Shown in pieces: positions 61,102 to 64,000 of a stretch of 64,000 nucleotides of DNA. Position 1 is the stretch's first letter. Every line of letters starts with the position of its first letter. Both the position numbers and the translations under genes were made by a program. The stretch is from Sphingomonadales bacterium (GTDB lineage: Bacteria; Pseudomonadota; Alphaproteobacteria; Sphingomonadales; Sphingomonadaceae), in NCBI GenBank assembly GCA_028868535.1, contig JAGWUH010000004.1:41821-105820 (forward strand), written 5' to 3'. The notes beneath the pieces are model-generated. The model searched no databases. It was not told the origin of the DNA and saw only the letters and a list, made by a program, of their open reading frames with translations.

Positions 61102-61117
61102 TTAATTTAACGTTAAC
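61102..61117 (+). promoter_or_regulatory. Consensus CtrA box
   Basis: TTAA-TTTAACG-TTAAC, directly followed by GAATC (GANTC) at 61118-61122. Confidence 0.65.
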
Positions 61118-61168
61118 GAATCGGGGTCGCAGCTGAATTTTATCGGTTTTTCCGAAAGGGGTTTAGTC

Positions 61169-62032
61169 ATGCGCAAGTTTCTTCTCGCCGGCGCGATCGT
61201 AAGTTGTGCCCTCCTCGGCTCGCAGGCTGCGTTGGCGGGTGCAGTTGTATCCGGGTTCAACACCGGCACGGTGCCTCGCAACGACGATGGCTTCGTCGGT
61301 CCGGTCGCCCTGGGTTTCACGGCCAACTACTTCGGCAGCACCAGCTCGACGGTGTTCGTCAACAACAACGGCAACGTCACCTTCAACAGCGGCCAGAGCG
61401 CCTATACGCCGTACGGCCTCGGCGCCAGCTATCATGGCCAGCCGATCATCGCGCCGTTCTTCGCCGACGTCGACACCCGCAACCTTGCCAGCTCGCAGGT
61501 CACGTACGGGACCGGCCTGTTCGGCGGCCGTGACACCTTCGGGGTCAACTGGGTGAACGTCGGCTATTACAGCTCGCAGGCGGACAAGCTGAACAGCTTC
61601 CAGCTCCTGCTGGTCGATCGCAGCGACGTCGCCGCGGGCGACTTCGACATGTACTTCAACTACGACCGGATCCTGTGGGAGACGGGCAGCGCCTCGGGTG
61701 GCGTCAACGGCTTCGGCGGCGTTCCGGCGGCGGCCGGCTTCAGCCAGGGCACCGGCAATGCCGGTACCTACTACCAGTTCCCGGGTTCGCTGGTGACCCG
61801 CGCGCTGATCGACGGCGGGCCGAACTCGCTGGTCGCCGGCACCAATTACGGCGTCACCGGCAGCTACCTGTTCAACGTCCGCAACGGCAACGTGATCATT
61901 CCGGAGGACAACAGCGTTCCGGAGCCCGCCACCTGGGCGACGATGGTGCTGGGCATGGGCATCGTCGGCGCGGCACTGCGCCGCCGCCAGGCCGCGCGGA
62001 CCACGGTCAGCTACACGGGCCTTGCCGCGTAA
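61169..62032 (+). CDS. Nidogen-like (NIDO) domain PEPxxWA-CTERM protein 5
   Basis: RNDDG, FVNNNGNVTF, IIAPFFADVDTR, NSFQLLL, VPEPATWATM + RRR, ends GLAA. Confidence 0.9.
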   Translation: MRKFLLAGAIVSCALLGSQAALAGAVVSGFNTGTVPRNDDGFVGPVALGFTANYFGSTSSTVFVNNNGNVTFNSGQSAYTPYGLGASYHGQPIIAPFFADVDTRNLASSQVTYGTGLFGGRDTFGVNWVNVGYYSSQADKLNSFQLLLVDRSDVAAGDFDMYFNYDRILWETGSASGGVNGFGGVPAAAGFSQGTGNAGTYYQFPGSLVTRALIDGGPNSLVAGTNYGVTGSYLFNVRNGNVIIPEDNSVPEPATWATMVLGMGIVGAALRRRQAARTTVSYTGLAA

Positions 62033-62052
62033 GCTTCCGGCCAGCCGAAATC

Positions 62053-62086
62053 GAAGGCCCCGTCGGCGCGAGCCGGCGGGGCCTTT
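62053..62086. terminator. Hairpin terminator between convergent genes
   Basis: GAAGGCCCCGTCGGC-GCGA-GCCGGCGGGGCCTTT. Confidence 0.75.
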
Positions 62087-62104
62087 GCCTTGTGCGGCGG
62101 GGGC

Positions 62105-62566
62105 TCAGGCCGATCCGTAGCGTTCGATCACCCCGTCCATCGCCGCCTTGAGTGCGAGGTGGAACGTCGCCAGGTCCGCCAGGCGGGCGCGGTTCCGGCC
62201 GTCCGCCACGGCGTCGAGCCGCGAGCGGATCAGTCCCGCCAGCTGCCCCAGGATGTCCGAATTGCGCTTCAGCGCATTGCCCGGCTCGGTCGTCGCCTCG
62301 TAGCGGATGCGCTTGCTGCCGCGTTCCGTCAGTCGACGCGCCATGCCGATCCCCTCCAGGTCGCGCGCCGCCATGCTGGCATTCGACTTGCTGATGCCGA
62401 GCGCCTCGGCGAACTCGTCGAGCGTTACCGGGCCCGGCGCCAGCAACAGCCAGGCGTAGAGCCTTCCGCACGTCAGCGGCATGCCCCAGGCAGTCAGCAT
62501 CTGCGCGAAATCGTCGATGAAGCGCTGCTGCGCGGAACTGGGCGCGTCGATTGACATATTCAACAT
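62105..62566 (-). CDS. GbsR/MarR-family transcriptional regulator
   Basis: WGMPLTCGRLYAWLLL..TLDEFAEALGISKSNAS; start may be 62557. Confidence 0.85.
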   Translation of the reverse strand: MLNMSIDAPSSAQQRFIDDFAQMLTAWGMPLTCGRLYAWLLLAPGPVTLDEFAEALGISKSNASMAARDLEGIGMARRLTERGSKRIRYEATTEPGNALKRNSDILGQLAGLIRSRLDAVADGRNRARLADLATFHLALKAAMDGVIERYGSA

Positions 62567-62580
62567 ATCCTGAATATGCT
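62551..62580 (+). promoter_or_regulatory. Sigma70-like promoter with overlapping inverted-repeat operator for fdx-P450
   Basis: TTGACA-N18-TATGCT; CATATTCA-N8-TGAATATG at 62555-62578. Confidence 0.7.
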
Positions 62581-62634
62581 GGATTCACTCGGCGGCGTCC
62601 AGCCGCATTCCTGACAGCGGAGAGCCCTTTCCCC

Positions 62635-62961
62635 ATGCCCAAGGTCACGTACATCGCCCACGACGGCGCCCGTTCCACCGTCGATGTCCCGGTGGGCGAA
62701 AACGTCATGCGCGGCGCGCTCTACAACGGCGTCGACGGCATTGCCGGCGAGTGCGGCGGCGCGCCGTCGTGCGCCACCTGCCACGTCTATGTCGACGATG
62801 CCTGGACCGACCGCGTCGGCGGCCCCGCCGGTGCGGCCGAAGCCGAGCTGCTCGAGGCCGCGGCGTGCGAGGTGAAGCCCAGCAGCCGCCTGTCCTGCCA
62901 GATCGTGCTCAGCGACGCGCTGGACGGCCTGATCGTCCACCTGCCCGAATCGCAATACTGA
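62635..62961 (+). CDS. [2Fe-2S] ferredoxin (putidaredoxin/adrenodoxin type)
   Basis: ECGGAPSCATCHVY...SRLSCQ. Confidence 0.93.
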   Translation: MPKVTYIAHDGARSTVDVPVGENVMRGALYNGVDGIAGECGGAPSCATCHVYVDDAWTDRVGGPAGAAEAELLEAAACEVKPSSRLSCQIVLSDALDGLIVHLPESQY

Positions 62962-62972
62962 AGGCCAACGCC

Positions 62973-64000
62973 ATGAACGACATGACCACCACGGCGGTTG
63001 CCGATTTCGTCCAGGACCCGGCCAACCCGCGCAACCCGCACCTGCCGCGCTTCTGCGGGCGCGGGAACATCCGCGCGCATGTTCCCGCCGACCTCGTCCG
63101 CGATTCAGGGCTGATCACCAGCCCCGAATTCCTGGTCGAGCCGCACGACTACATGGCGGCGATGCACACGAAACTGCCGCCGATCTTCTACAGCCCTTCC
63201 GACTATGGAAACTCGTGGACGCTGATCAAGCATGAGGATTGCCTGAAGGTCCTGCGCAACGCCAACGATTTCCGCAACCTCGACATCGCGCCGTTTCCGC
63301 GCCCGGATGACGACTATTTCTTCTTCATTCCGCCCGAGATCGACCCGCCGCATCATCGCAAGTACCGCAACATCGTCGATCCGCTGTTCTGCCCGGCCGG
63401 GATCAAGACGCTGGAAGGCAAGATCCGCCAGCGCGCGATCGACCTGATCGAGGGCTTCGTGGCCGATGGCGCCTGCGAGTTCACCACCGCATTCGGCCGG
63501 CCGCTGCCGGTGGCGGTGTTCCTCGACATCATGGGACTGCCGCAGGACATGATGGGGACTTTCGTCGGCTGGTGCGACACGATGATCCATTCGTCGGACC
63601 CGGCCGAGGTGGGCAAGGCGTTCGGCAGCGCCATCGCCTACCTGAAGGTCGCGATCGCCGAGAAGCAGGCCAACCCCGACGGCGGGGTCGTCAGCCTGAT
63701 CGCCAATGCCGAGATCGACGGCCGCAAGCTTTCGGAAAAGGAAGTGTTCGGGTTCGTCTGCTTCCTGTGGATCGGCGGCCTCGATACCGTCTACGCGACG
63801 CTGAACAACATCTGGGTGTGGCTGGCGCGCCATCCCGAGCGCGTGCAGGAGATCATCGACCGGCCCGACGACATCGACGACATCGTCGAGGAGCTGCTGC
63901 GCCGCTATTCGGTCACCTTCTCGGGCCGGGTCGTCGCGCGCGATATCGAACTGCGCGGCGTGCAGATGAAGCAGGGCGACCGGGTGCTGTGCTGCCTGCC
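62973..64000 (+). CDS. Cytochrome P450 (CYP101-like, truncated at the right edge)
   Basis: Manual translation: DPPHHRKYR, LPVAVF, I-helix GGLDT, K-helix EELLRR; heme Cys lies beyond the window. Confidence 0.9.
   Translation, partial: MNDMTTTAVADFVQDPANPRNPHLPRFCGRGNIRAHVPADLVRDSGLITSPEFLVEPHDYMAAMHTKLPPIFYSPSDYGNSWTLIKHEDCLKVLRNANDFRNLDIAPFPRPDDDYFFFIPPEIDPPHHRKYRNIVDPLFCPAGIKTLEGKIRQRAIDLIEGFVADGACEFTTAFGRPLPVAVFLDIMGLPQDMMGTFVGWCDTMIHSSDPAEVGKAFGSAIAYLKVAIAEKQANPDGGVVSLIANAEIDGRKLSEKEVFGFVCFLWIGGLDTVYATLNNIWVWLARHPERVQEIIDRPDDIDDIVEELLRRYSVTFSGRVVARDIELRGVQMKQGDRVLCCL

Overview
High-GC alphaproteobacterial DNA, inferred to be Sphingomonadaceae-like from the lig genes, PEPxxWA-CTERM proteins and exosortase V. 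The protocatechuate 4,5-cleavage cluster is in two halves: ligB-ligA-ligJ-oxidoreductase at 1-2793 and ligR/ligK-ligU-ligI at 54413-58353. The ~51.6 kb between them holds a second LigAB-type dioxygenase pair and a large exopolysaccharide/exosortase-V locus. That locus has four PEPxxWA-CTERM genes, xrtV/EpsI/EpsD/accessory protein, a TPR lipoprotein, Wza/beta-barrel/Wzz/tyrosine kinase, Wzx, two Wzy-like proteins, about 14 soluble glycosyltransferases, a GtrAB/GT-C cassette, three acyltransferases, three methyltransferases, an FkbH fusion, a deacetylase, UDP-xylose synthase, an N-acyl amino acid synthase and a PilZ protein. The right end has a fused E1-alpha/beta dehydrogenase with a stand-alone lipoyl protein, a fifth (NIDO-domain) PEP-CTERM gene, and a GbsR/MarR regulator divergent from ferredoxin + P450. 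Main observations: (i) a recurring 17-bp palindrome (TGTSCSR-N3-YGGNACA) upstream of the PEP-CTERM, exosortase and several EPS genes, with no matching regulator in the window; (ii) degron-like PEP-CTERM tails (-GLAA, -VRFAF); (iii) an FkbH protein with a 4Fe-4S-like N-terminal cysteine motif; (iv) the interruption of the lig cluster. No RNA genes, CRISPR arrays, integrases or transposases were seen. All calls come from reading sequence motifs by eye; no database search was run.
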